NCBI GenBank assembly: GCA_963663475.2
Contig: CAXXJV010000001.1
Coordinates: forward strand, 832,001 to 896,000
Length of the DNA: 64,000 nt
From: Candidatus Cloacimonadales bacterium
GTDB lineage: Bacteria > Cloacimonadota > Cloacimonadia > Cloacimonadales > JAFGVF01
Direction: 5' to 3'
Part shown: piece after piece, positions 41,291-50,951 of the stretch
Layout: the number at the start of each line of letters is the position of its first letter
Position numbering within the stretch: position 1 is the stretch's first letter
Notes under the pieces: generated by a model
Told to the model about the DNA's origin: nothing
Database searches by the model: none
What the model saw: the letters and a program-made list of their open reading frames with translations, nothing else
Position numbers and translations under genes: made by a program

Positions 41291-44200
41291 TTAGTTTAAT
41301 ACAGCGATTTTCCCTTTTTTCTCAGAGTCCCCCATAGTGATTACATAGAAATAAATACCTGAAGAGACTTTTTTACCACTATTATTAGTAAGTTGCCATC
41401 GGAAATTATCTATGCCATAGAAAGGTCCGATTTGTTTGGTAAAGACTAAGTCTCCAGATTTAGTATAAATTGAGATATTACCTTTGGAGTTTAAAGGGAA
41501 GTTGGTAAAGTTAATCTCATTGTCTCCCTCTCTTGGATAAGCTGGATTAGGGAACACTACCAACTTTGATAAATCAGTAATATCTGTCAAGCTGAAATGA
41601 GCTGTACTGAATTGAGCAAGCATCATATTAGCATTACTATCGATGATATTGTTAGTAACAAGTTTATAGGGATAGTTTCCGTATTGCAAGTCACGGGTAA
41701 AAGAGACCATAACTTCATTGTTACTATGAGAAATTGATTCGATAGAACTTAGAATATCATTTGGTGGATTTTTAAGGGTGAAGTTGGCTTCTGTTACAGG
41801 TTGAAAGTCACTAGCAAAGATATTCTCAGAGAAAATCAACTTCACTTGAGATCGATTAACAATTTCAATATGTTCGATTGTAGGTGCAACTACATCAGCG
41901 ATATTCTCGAATTGAGAACTCAATGATTCAACTAAGATACCATTTCTAGATTTGACATCGTAACAAGTAAGCACATAAGTTGGTGCTTCAAGCTCTTGTC
42001 TTAATCTAATAATTGCCCGATTAAATTGAGAATCTAGGATAACTGAGTGAGGGTTCCCAACATTATTATTGAGAGAATAATGCCCTATCCTAATCATATC
42101 ACTTGCTAGAGGTACATTAAAGACAACTTCTAAACTAAAATCACCTATTTTTCTAACATTAACTATTTGAGGTTGTCTGTTAGGAATAACAACTTTCCAA
42201 GGGGTTAAGAAACTCTCAGAGTTAGGAAAGTCTGGGTTATAACAAGAAACAGCATAGCTATATTCTTGGTTTGTGTTTAATCCTTGGTCATAGAAGTAAC
42301 CATTCTGGGTACTAGTAAGCAATCCTTCTTGACCATTGAAACGACGATAAATATTATATGTAGATGTTCCATCTGCTTGCCAGGTTAGTTTTGCCGTACT
42401 TTCATCAAGAGGTAGAGCAATAAAATTATCTGGTGTAGCTGGCTCATTATGATAATCACGTGCTGTTAAATAGACAGCTTCTATCTCTTCTCCATGTAAT
42501 TGATTACAGATTAACATAGGTTGAGAAGATTGGTCTTCTTGATAGAAAGAAATCTGGAAAGAGTTATTGGAGTTATGAACCGCTGTTGGGGTTAGTTTTC
42601 CTGACAGGAATTCGACTTTATAGAGAAAAGGAGTAAGAGAGAGGTAAAGCTCATCTTTGCCGTCTTGATCACTATCATAGACAAGCAGTGAATTATTCTT
42701 ATCTACATTATCAAAAGTAATTTTATCAATAACTTGATAGCTGTTGTTACCATTAGATTTATAGAGATAAAACTCAAAATAAGTGTTATCCATATTTTCT
42801 AAGTTCTCAACATATCCACCAACGATAAACTCATTTTCTCCGTCTCCTGTAAAATCACCATAATCAACATAGTAGGCATTTCTCACCCCGATTCTATCAG
42901 TCCAGGTAAGATATTCTTCAGCATTGGAGTTGATTTCATAAATCATTACATCACCGTCAGTATCAGCAGCTAAGATATCTTGATAGTTATCTCCATCAAG
43001 GTCTCCACATTTAACCCAGGGAATAAAGGTGTTTCTAGCAAAAGTCGAAGAGGTATTTACCAATCTTTCTCTTTCTTCAAAGCTATTAAGCTGTCTCTGA
43101 TAAATCTTAATAACAGTTTGGGCTGGTTCATTTATCACGCAAATCAAATCATCTCTTCCATTGTTATTATAATCAGCAAAAATAGCACCAGAGGCATTGT
43201 TAATGGACTGGATGTAAGCATTTAGGGGATAGGAATTGTCAGAATAAGTATCATAGAGATAGAGTGTTTCAAGATTTAATCCTACAATATCATAGCCTGA
43301 ATTATTTGAATCTCCAATATCAAGGGGACGGAAGTTATCAGTAAATTGGTGTTTGATTGCTAAACCTTGGTCATTTTTCTCATAGATGGCAACAGATCCG
43401 AAAGTACCATTCTCAATGGTCATAGCAAGAAACTCATTTTTCCCATTTTCATCAAAGTCAACATAATCTTTTGTGGGGATTATCTGTTGTGGTAAGAGGG
43501 GAGAAACTTGGAAATGATTGATAGGAGTAGATGAGTTATCTATCTGGCCTAAGTTAGGAAACAAGTCTGATTCATAGACTAATCCAGACCTATTTCTTGC
43601 AGTGTATTGCAGGCTAATTGCACCACTAGCTAGTGAATTTGGTAGGGGAACAAAGACTAGAGAATCGGCAAAAGATGAGAAAGCACTAAAGACTTCATTA
43701 TTGCTATCAGTGATACTAGCTTGAATATCAACACTCTCATTAAAATGGAATTTAAGATAGTGGTTTTTAGTATTAGACCTATAACGGGTTACAAGCTCAG
43801 GTTGACTTTTAACTTGAGGGATTGATTTATCAATGTAGATATTTCTTAAAATATTAAAGACTTTTCCACTATTATTTTGCACAGTTAATCTAATCCTGTA
43901 GTTTCCATCAGGTAATTCTGGTTCTACTCTGAAATCTCTAAGATGACCTGTGTAAGGAAGGTTTATTTCATTATTGTAATAATAGACAGGTGTTTGATTA
44001 TGAGTATAGCAATCTTTCCAGACAATGTCTTCAACTTCATCACCAGAAGAGAAGGTTACTGAGTAGCGGAAAAAATCATCAAGCTCAATCTTACCTCTGA
44101 TTTCAAATGAAGAGCTAAGACCCATTTCTTCATAAGGGTAACTGATTGAGATATCTTGATTAGTATAGGTGCTGAGCAGATTGTAAGCATTTATTAGACC

Positions 44201-45475
44201 ATAACCATATTGTAGGTTAAAGCCACTAGCTGCTACACTTCCTAAGGGTAAATATTCAGTAGTAGAATAAAGCATAGTTTTAAGCTCATCAAAGGTAGTA
44301 CCAGGGCGTTGGGAAAGAAGTAAACCTATGATTCCTGCTGCATAGGGAGCAGCCATAGAAGTTCCAGATAGTTCTGAGTAACCATTGCTTGTCCCTTCCA
44401 TACTATAAGTAGAAAGAATTTGCGAGCCAGGTGCAACAATATCTAATTCAGGTCCATAGCTAGAGAAACTTGACAGCTCTTTTGATTCATCTACTGATCC
44501 AACGGAAATTACAGTTGATAGTTTAGCAGGATAACTGATGTAAGGGCCAGGATCATTACCAGAAGAGGCAACTAAGATTACTCCATGATCATAAGCATAC
44601 TGACAGGCATCGGCAATAATTGGGGAGTAGTAGGAAGAACCCCAACTCATATTTATGATATCAGCTCCCATATCAGTAGCATAGATGATAGCAGCAGAAA
44701 CGTCATCATCTTGTAGGTAACCACCACCAGAAGTAGTTCTGAAACCAGCTCTAATAGCAAGCAATCTTTTTTTCCAGATGACACCAGCTATTCCAATGCC
44801 ATTATTAACTTCTGCTCCAATGATACCACTTACATGGGTTCCATGATAGTTTTCATCAGAAGCATCATTATCTCTAACAGTATAATCTCCTAAGGCAATA
44901 TTATGAAGGGTTGGAGCATCAGTAAAGTCCCACCCCCTCCAATCATCAATATAGCCATTATTATCATTATCAGTATTGGAATCAGCTATTTCATTCTCAT
45001 TGTGGAAAACAACGTTAGTTAAGTCAGGATGTTCATAAAGAATACCCGAATCTACTACAGCTATGATTAAATCATCATCACCACTTGTGAATGTCCAGGC
45101 GTCAGGAATCTGACATAGGTCATGCTGCTGTTGATTAAAATATGGGTCATTTGTTCTAGCATGGAAGACATTAAGGTAGTTTGGTTGAATATATTCAACA
45201 TTAGAAAAGTCATTCCTTTTGCTTTCAATTTCTGAAAGAGGTATTTCTCTATCTGTTTCAATAACAAAGAACTGATTATTACTTTTTTGAGTTAAAGGGC
45301 TTATCTTGCTAACACCGTAAGTTTTTAGCCATTTACTCATAAGCGGTAGGGAATCAACCTCAAGATTAGCTCTTGAGTCTTTTAACTTAACAATTATTTC
45401 TCTAGGAGAATGAGTTAAAGTAAAAGCACAGGTAAATATTGTTATAAGAAAGCTTATTAGAAATACCTTTTTCAT
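41291..45475 (-). CDS. Secreted S8 subtilase with FG-GAP repeats, FN3/Ig-like domains and a C-terminal sorting domain
   Basis: Catalytic triad AVVDSG / HGTHVSG / GTSMAAP; DxDGD repeats; C-terminal VFPNP...SGIYF. Confidence 0.92.
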   Translation of the reverse strand: MKKVFLISFLITIFTCAFTLTHSPREIIVKLKDSRANLEVDSLPLMSKWLKTYGVSKISPLTQKSNNQFFVIETDREIPLSEIESKRNDFSNVEYIQPNYLNVFHARTNDPYFNQQQHDLCQIPDAWTFTSGDDDLIIAVVDSGILYEHPDLTNVVFHNENEIADSNTDNDNNGYIDDWRGWDFTDAPTLHNIALGDYTVRDNDASDENYHGTHVSGIIGAEVNNGIGIAGVIWKKRLLAIRAGFRTTSGGGYLQDDDVSAAIIYATDMGADIINMSWGSSYYSPIIADACQYAYDHGVILVASSGNDPGPYISYPAKLSTVISVGSVDESKELSSFSSYGPELDIVAPGSQILSTYSMEGTSNGYSELSGTSMAAPYAAGIIGLLLSQRPGTTFDELKTMLYSTTEYLPLGSVAASGFNLQYGYGLINAYNLLSTYTNQDISISYPYEEMGLSSSFEIRGKIELDDFFRYSVTFSSGDEVEDIVWKDCYTHNQTPVYYYNNEINLPYTGHLRDFRVEPELPDGNYRIRLTVQNNSGKVFNILRNIYIDKSIPQVKSQPELVTRYRSNTKNHYLKFHFNESVDIQASITDSNNEVFSAFSSFADSLVFVPLPNSLASGAISLQYTARNRSGLVYESDLFPNLGQIDNSSTPINHFQVSPLLPQQIIPTKDYVDFDENGKNEFLAMTIENGTFGSVAIYEKNDQGLAIKHQFTDNFRPLDIGDSNNSGYDIVGLNLETLYLYDTYSDNSYPLNAYIQSINNASGAIFADYNNNGRDDLICVINEPAQTVIKIYQRQLNSFEERERLVNTSSTFARNTFIPWVKCGDLDGDNYQDILAADTDGDVMIYEINSNAEEYLTWTDRIGVRNAYYVDYGDFTGDGENEFIVGGYVENLENMDNTYFEFYLYKSNGNNSYQVIDKITFDNVDKNNSLLVYDSDQDGKDELYLSLTPFLYKVEFLSGKLTPTAVHNSNNSFQISFYQEDQSSQPMLICNQLHGEEIEAVYLTARDYHNEPATPDNFIALPLDESTAKLTWQADGTSTYNIYRRFNGQEGLLTSTQNGYFYDQGLNTNQEYSYAVSCYNPDFPNSESFLTPWKVVIPNRQPQIVNVRKIGDFSLEVVFNVPLASDMIRIGHYSLNNNVGNPHSVILDSQFNRAIIRLRQELEAPTYVLTCYDVKSRNGILVESLSSQFENIADVVAPTIEHIEIVNRSQVKLIFSENIFASDFQPVTEANFTLKNPPNDILSSIESISHSNNEVMVSFTRDLQYGNYPYKLVTNNIIDSNANMMLAQFSTAHFSLTDITDLSKLVVFPNPAYPREGDNEINFTNFPLNSKGNISIYTKSGDLVFTKQIGPFYGIDNFRWQLTNNSGKKVSSGIYFYVITMGDSEKKGKIAVLN

Positions 45476-45486
45476 CTTAAAGATCC

Positions 45487-46389
45487 TTAAAATTTGTATG
45501 ACAGACTTATTTTATGGACATCATCTAATCCATCAGTCATTTGTAAATATGCATAATTAATATTGAATGAATCGTAGTCTATACCGATACCATAGCTAAG
45601 TTCGTTGGAATCATTTTTAGCTTTATATCCTGTTCTTAGATAGAGAATTTCAAAAGTTTTTAGTTGGGCACCGAAATTATAGGCTAGGTCTGTATCTTGA
45701 GATTTATGAGTTTTTACATCAAGAGCTAAGTCATAATACTGAGAGATAAATTCTTTGGAAAGACCAAGTTCGTAATTAATAGGTAAATCTATTTTCTCTT
45801 TATCCATATTTGAAGTTGTTCCTAAGTTCTTAAGACTAGTATAAAGTTTCACATCTTTTAAAGGAGTTGACCAGACATAAGCTAAATCACTAGAAAAACC
45901 ATAGGCTGAAGCAGTTGATATTTTCTGATAAAGGATGTTAGCATTGATCCCGAAATAGTGGGTTGCACCCAATCTGTAAGCATAATTTACAGTACCTATG
46001 AAGTCAACAGGAGAGAATTCGCCTATGATATTACCGCTGTCATCGCGACTATCTAAAGTACCATAATTTAAGTGTCTAAAGGCATATCCCCAGTGATATT
46101 TTCTTTTATTTCGGGAGAGAGCACCACTTATAAGGTCAGTATCACCAATCCAAAAGTTTTGAGAAACAGTTATTATCTTGCTTTTATTAAAGAGACCTGC
46201 TGCAGGATTACTAGTGAAATTTAAAGCATCATTAGAGAAGAGTGCCCCAGTATCACCCATACCAGACATAGCTGGGCTACTTGTTATCTCTAAAATTTGA
46301 AATCCATACTCTCCTGCATTATCATTAAGGGCATTCAAGCTAGCGACAAGTGTAATTAACAGTATAGCGATTATTTTTATTTTATTCAT
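45487..46389 (-). CDS. PorV/PorQ family outer-membrane protein
   Basis: GMG...NPA plug motif, LRTGY, terminal HKISLSYKF. Confidence 0.8.
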   Translation of the reverse strand: MNKIKIIAILLITLVASLNALNDNAGEYGFQILEITSSPAMSGMGDTGALFSNDALNFTSNPAAGLFNKSKIITVSQNFWIGDTDLISGALSRNKRKYHWGYAFRHLNYGTLDSRDDSGNIIGEFSPVDFIGTVNYAYRLGATHYFGINANILYQKISTASAYGFSSDLAYVWSTPLKDVKLYTSLKNLGTTSNMDKEKIDLPINYELGLSKEFISQYYDLALDVKTHKSQDTDLAYNFGAQLKTFEILYLRTGYKAKNDSNELSYGIGIDYDSFNINYAYLQMTDGLDDVHKISLSYKF

Positions 46390-46401
46390 ATTTTTATCCT
46401 T

Positions 46402-49400
46402 CTATTTTTCTAAAGCAAATTTAATTTTTTTGTGTTTACCTTCAGCTTCAATTATAGCTAAGTAGATCCCTGAAGCCATCTTTCTAAAAGGTATATCAAA
46501 TTTATTCATGTTTTCTAAATAAGGGTCAAGTTCTTTTGTTGCGGTAAAGACTTTTTTCCCTGAGATAGAATAGATATTTAATTGGGCTAAGCAAGGTCTA
46601 GAAACCATAGCTTGGAAAATTAATTTATCATTAATAGTTGAATTGAATGGGTTAGGGTAAATGTAAACCTGCCCATCCACAAAAATATCTTCAGTCTCGA
46701 AAGTGTTAGTAAGCTGACTGTTAAATTCAACTGCATTTCTATGATAGTTCTTGTACTCAGTAAACCAGCTTTTAGAAGCTAAATCTAATTGGTTATCAGG
46801 GGACATATCTTGAATGAAGGCTCGGTTGATACTTGCTCCATCTTGAGTTGAATAAACATATAGTTTATCATCTTCTTGATGAAAGAAGGGATAGGAACGG
46901 CAGTTACTGTAATTTCCTACTGGGAAACCAGGAAGTGCTTGACCAGACTGATCCCAGACAGCGGTTCTATTTCGAGAGAAAGAACCAATGAAGTTATAGT
47001 TATCATCACCGGCCAGGTCAAGGGCATAAGCACCACCATAGACAATTAAAGAATCATTAGGGGTTGAGTAAACAGTGAACTTATTCTTATCTATCAATTC
47101 TCCATTATAGGCCAGGATTTTGATACCATCTTTGAAACCAATTATTAAGTCCCAAGTCCCATTCTTGTCATAATCAACAAGAGAAGGAGTAACAGTTGAT
47201 TTAACCGAAGATTCAAGATAGTTTATTCTGGTAAAGTCTTTACTAGTATAAGTGTAGAAACCATAAGGGCCTTGAACAATTAGCTCCATGGCTTCATGCT
47301 GGGGATTGAAATCGAAATACATTATATTATTTATCAAAGAATCAGCAGGAATATCAAGTTGGATATTTTCAATTAAGCCATCTTCTTCGTCTAATAAATT
47401 TAAGTAGTAGTTATCAGTCTTGCTAATAATCATAAGGTTATCAGCATAGAGGAGATTTGATTTAATTTTTCCTTGAATTTCAAAGATGGTTAACACATTT
47501 AAATCACTATCTACAACCTTGATAATACCTTGATTTAAGTCCGTATTACTCAAGGAGCAAAAGTAGCTATAAGTATTTTTGTCTTCTTGTTTATGAATCA
47601 AAACTGGTGAGGTCCAGCTGTAACCAGCTTGAGTAAAAATACTCTCAAGAGCCTGTCCATCATAGTAGCTGAGACTAGCTCGGGCAGTGGGTAAAATTGC
47701 TTGAGTTGGCAAGAGAAGTCTGTTAGCTATTTCATCATAACTGTGGTTACGGAAGATTTTATCTTCCATGGTGAAGTTATTAATTAATTGATCAGATTCA
47801 AAAATTGATAAGTTGTTGCCATTAGGTAGAATTATTTCATTCTGTCCATTTTGATTCATGTCTAATGATATAGCAGAATAATTAACAGTTCCAGTATAGG
47901 AGGTAGAGAGATTCCATTCAAACTTAACACTAAAGGTCATTGTATTGCTAGCTTGAGATATATTAAATACTTCAAAAGGAGTGCCTCCATAATAACTTAC
48001 AGCACTAGGTAAGTGGAGTTGGCTAGTATTTGGGTTTGGACTAAAGCCAATATAGTTATTCACATTCTCTCTAAAGGCATCTTCAGGTCCACCATAGCCA
48101 TATATAGATGCTTGAGGATTGCTATCTAATTGCTGGATACCATCTGCCTCTTCTAAATCAACGCCCTTATGATTGGCATCTCCATTAACTCTACTTAGTC
48201 CAATCTCTGGATCAAAGTTTGTTTCAATAATGTATTCATCAATATGCCAGATAAGCAGGCCTGAACCATCCACAGGTAAGTAGCCTCCACCTGAATAACC
48301 AGGTAAAAAGAAATCCCATTCGCATCCTTTAAGACGGTTTGTCATAAAGTTAAATTTTGGTACTAAATCTGTTTGCCCATCTTGTAAGGGGTAATATTCT
48401 TGCTGTCCTTCAGCTAGTAGTGGGAAGGTAAAAGAGGCTTGACCATTTAAGACTGAACCATCGGGATTTTGTGCTCTATTCTCAATCAAGAAGTATTCTT
48501 TTTCAGACATATTAATCTTGTAAATTTGGGGTTTAGTAGGGCTTTTATCTAAGAAGTGATCTATTTCAAGGTTATAAGTGTCTGCTGTAACTTCAACAGG
48601 AATATCCCAGCCTAAATAGTATCTTGACCAAGCAGAAAACTGAGCAGGTGTATAACCATTAGCATTCCAAGCACCTGACCCCATAATTCCCCAGTTACCT
48701 ATTCCTGCAGAAATGCCATTCTCAGAAATACCATCGCTTAAATTGGGAAGTCCTAAAGCATAGCCAAAGCTTGATGCTAAGACCCCTAAATTACCATAAG
48801 GAAGTTGACTACCATCTTGGGGAAAATAATCTTGCCATTGGTGTTCAGGAGCAATTACAAAATCTGTTACATAGCCACCATCAGCTGGAATACCTTGAAA
48901 ATCATCATTTTCAGGATCTAGACCTAACTGGAGATTTCTGCGTGATAAAAAAGTAGACCAGATTAAACCAGGCCTAATTTTACTTATATCTGATTCTTGC
49001 CCTGGACCTGCATGGAAGACAATGAAAGTATCCCAATTATTAAAATCAATAGTAGCATCTGATTTTTCTACTATTTCTTGAGCAAATTCAGCAATCCTCT
49101 GTCTAGTGTCTGTATCTGAACCATAATAAGACATAGGATTATCAAGCGTAATTACTTGAGGATAAAATTCATAGTTAAGTCTGTAATTTGTGTGTGAACC
49201 GTCATAAAGATAGTCGCTCAGTTGAATCATGTATCTATCAAAAAAAGCTTGATCATGAACTAGTGAATCTGGATATGAAGGTTGTGAAACAAAGCTAAGA
49301 TCACTAAATTGAACTAAATAAACTAATACGTTTTGAGGTAGTTCTTTTTGGCCCTTTCTATTTAATCGGGGAAATTTATCCGAAGGGAATGATGCCTTGC

Positions 49401-49497
49401 TTGATACCGGTTTATTCATCATTGGATGAGGCATAACCTCACCAATTAAGGTTATTACTAAGAAAAGTAATAAGGTCATAATTGAATATTTTTTCAT
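46402..49497 (-). CDS. Secreted M6 (immune inhibitor A-like) protease homologue with degenerate zinc motif and C-terminal sorting domain
   Basis: VFHAGPGQE, WGIMGSGAWN, EYFLIENR, GLLIWHID and VDLEEADG motifs; HEXXH position reads SSFGY; C-terminal YIYPNPF...SGIY. Confidence 0.85.
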   Translation of the reverse strand: MKKYSIMTLLLFLVITLIGEVMPHPMMNKPVSSKASFPSDKFPRLNRKGQKELPQNVLVYLVQFSDLSFVSQPSYPDSLVHDQAFFDRYMIQLSDYLYDGSHTNYRLNYEFYPQVITLDNPMSYYGSDTDTRQRIAEFAQEIVEKSDATIDFNNWDTFIVFHAGPGQESDISKIRPGLIWSTFLSRRNLQLGLDPENDDFQGIPADGGYVTDFVIAPEHQWQDYFPQDGSQLPYGNLGVLASSFGYALGLPNLSDGISENGISAGIGNWGIMGSGAWNANGYTPAQFSAWSRYYLGWDIPVEVTADTYNLEIDHFLDKSPTKPQIYKINMSEKEYFLIENRAQNPDGSVLNGQASFTFPLLAEGQQEYYPLQDGQTDLVPKFNFMTNRLKGCEWDFFLPGYSGGGYLPVDGSGLLIWHIDEYIIETNFDPEIGLSRVNGDANHKGVDLEEADGIQQLDSNPQASIYGYGGPEDAFRENVNNYIGFSPNPNTSQLHLPSAVSYYGGTPFEVFNISQASNTMTFSVKFEWNLSTSYTGTVNYSAISLDMNQNGQNEIILPNGNNLSIFESDQLINNFTMEDKIFRNHSYDEIANRLLLPTQAILPTARASLSYYDGQALESIFTQAGYSWTSPVLIHKQEDKNTYSYFCSLSNTDLNQGIIKVVDSDLNVLTIFEIQGKIKSNLLYADNLMIISKTDNYYLNLLDEEDGLIENIQLDIPADSLINNIMYFDFNPQHEAMELIVQGPYGFYTYTSKDFTRINYLESSVKSTVTPSLVDYDKNGTWDLIIGFKDGIKILAYNGELIDKNKFTVYSTPNDSLIVYGGAYALDLAGDDNYNFIGSFSRNRTAVWDQSGQALPGFPVGNYSNCRSYPFFHQEDDKLYVYSTQDGASINRAFIQDMSPDNQLDLASKSWFTEYKNYHRNAVEFNSQLTNTFETEDIFVDGQVYIYPNPFNSTINDKLIFQAMVSRPCLAQLNIYSISGKKVFTATKELDPYLENMNKFDIPFRKMASGIYLAIIEAEGKHKKIKFALEK

Positions 49498-49664
49498 GTT
49501 TACTCCTATTTTAAATTCTTTTTGGGAATTCCCTACAAATCGTCTGACCGGTTATCAATTACTCTATACTTTTCTCCTTTGAAATTCAGATATTTTTCTT
49601 TAAATACTATGATTGCAAATGCTATTAATTTAGTCAATTATTTTCTCTATTTAATTAGAAATTA

Positions 49665-49850
49665 ATCCAGCATCCTTGTCGGTAACTTATTTACTGGGAA
49701 GGCTAGCATCTTTGCTGGCATCTTTTCTTTTGTCGGAAGGTGGATTGTCTGCCTGCTGTAAAAACTGCTTCTTGTGACAGAAGCAAGAAAGCTATGGACT
49801 GAGACCATCCCTGGTCTCAGATTCTATTGTGCAAACAAGGATGTTTCCAT
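49665..49850. repeat. Cluster of short GC-rich REP-like hairpins
   Basis: GCTAGCA-TCTT-TGCTGGC, TGCTTCT-N6-AGAAGCA and CTGAGACCA-TCCC-TGGTCTCAG, enclosed by CATCCTTGT / ACAAGGATG. Confidence 0.6.
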
Positions 49851-49882
49851 TCTCTTCCCGTAAGTTCTACTACATAATTTTG

Positions 49883-50401
49883 TTAAAATATTAAGATACC
49901 TATTACGCCAGTTACAATAGTTATGATGATAGGGTTAGGTTTTTTATAGAAGGATAAGGTTAAGACTCCCAGAAAGATGAGTAAACTTTTCCAATCCACC
50001 AGAGTTTTATAGCCAATAAACCAGACAGCGCTGGCAATAAAACCTATAGTTCCTGGTTTTATCCAAGCAAGAGCTTCCTTGACATATTTGTTATTTGCAA
50101 AAATGAAGAAGAAAGAGGCAATTATGAACATTATTATTATTGATGGCATTACCACACCAGCAGTCGCAAATACACCACCTAGTATTCCTCCTGTTTTTTG
50201 GCCTATAAAAGTGGCTGCATTAACAGCTATAGGGCCAGGAGTAGATTGAGCAATTGCAACTAAATCAATAAACTCTTGTTCAGTTAGCCATTGATTATTT
50301 TCCACAACTTCTTCTTGAATTAGGGGCAGCATGGCCAGTCCGCCTCCGAAAGCAAAGAGACCAATTTTAAAGAAGATTAAGAAAAGTTTAAGAAAGACCA
50401 T
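49883..50401 (-). CDS. Short-chain chromate transporter subunit (ChrA family)
   Basis: FFKIGLFAFGGG and AQSTPGPIAVN motifs. Confidence 0.92.
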   Translation of the reverse strand: MVFLKLFLIFFKIGLFAFGGGLAMLPLIQEEVVENNQWLTEQEFIDLVAIAQSTPGPIAVNAATFIGQKTGGILGGVFATAGVVMPSIIIMFIIASFFFIFANNKYVKEALAWIKPGTIGFIASAVWFIGYKTLVDWKSLLIFLGVLTLSFYKKPNPIIITIVTGVIGILIF

Positions 50402-50933
50402 GATTTTTTACCAACCTACTAATAATACTAATTATAATTAAACTAATGATGATAATTATAGGTGAAAGAGAAGCAAAAGTAAGCAGGCCAAAAGAGATAA
50501 TCATGGTTGCAATAGACAGGTAGTTTTTCTTACTTTTTTTCAGGAGGTTAACTAAGGAGAAAGTAATCATTGCCCCTACTGCAGGTCGAATTCCTTTAAA
50601 GAATCTTTCCATATAGGGGTTATCTCCATACTCAAGAATAAAGCCTGTTAGAAAACTTATGATTAAAAATGCTGGTAAAATGGTTGCTAGAGCACAGATG
50701 ATAGCTGTTAAGTAACCACCTAAACGATAGCCTAAAAAGACTGATATGTTAACAGCAATAGGGCCTGGAGACGTTTGCGATAATGCTAAACCATCATGAA
50801 AACTGTCATAATCAAGTAACTTCTCTTTTTCTACTAATTCGTATTCAATAAGATGTAACATGGCATAGCCTCCACCAATAGTGAAGGCGCCAATCTTAAA
50901 AAATATTTTGAACAATTTCCAATTTTTATTAAT
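50388..50933 (-). CDS. Short-chain chromate transporter subunit (ChrA family)
   Basis: FFKIGAFTIGGGY and SQTSPGPIAVN motifs; start is either TTG 50915 or ATT 50933. Confidence 0.88.
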   Translation of the reverse strand: MNKNWKLFKIFFKIGAFTIGGGYAMLHLIEYELVEKEKLLDYDSFHDGLALSQTSPGPIAVNISVFLGYRLGGYLTAIICALATILPAFLIISFLTGFILEYGDNPYMERFFKGIRPAVGAMITFSLVNLLKKSKKNYLSIATMIISFGLLTFASLSPIIIIISLIIISIISRLVKNHGLS

Positions 50934-50951
50934 ATTAGCTCCCTGAGAGCA

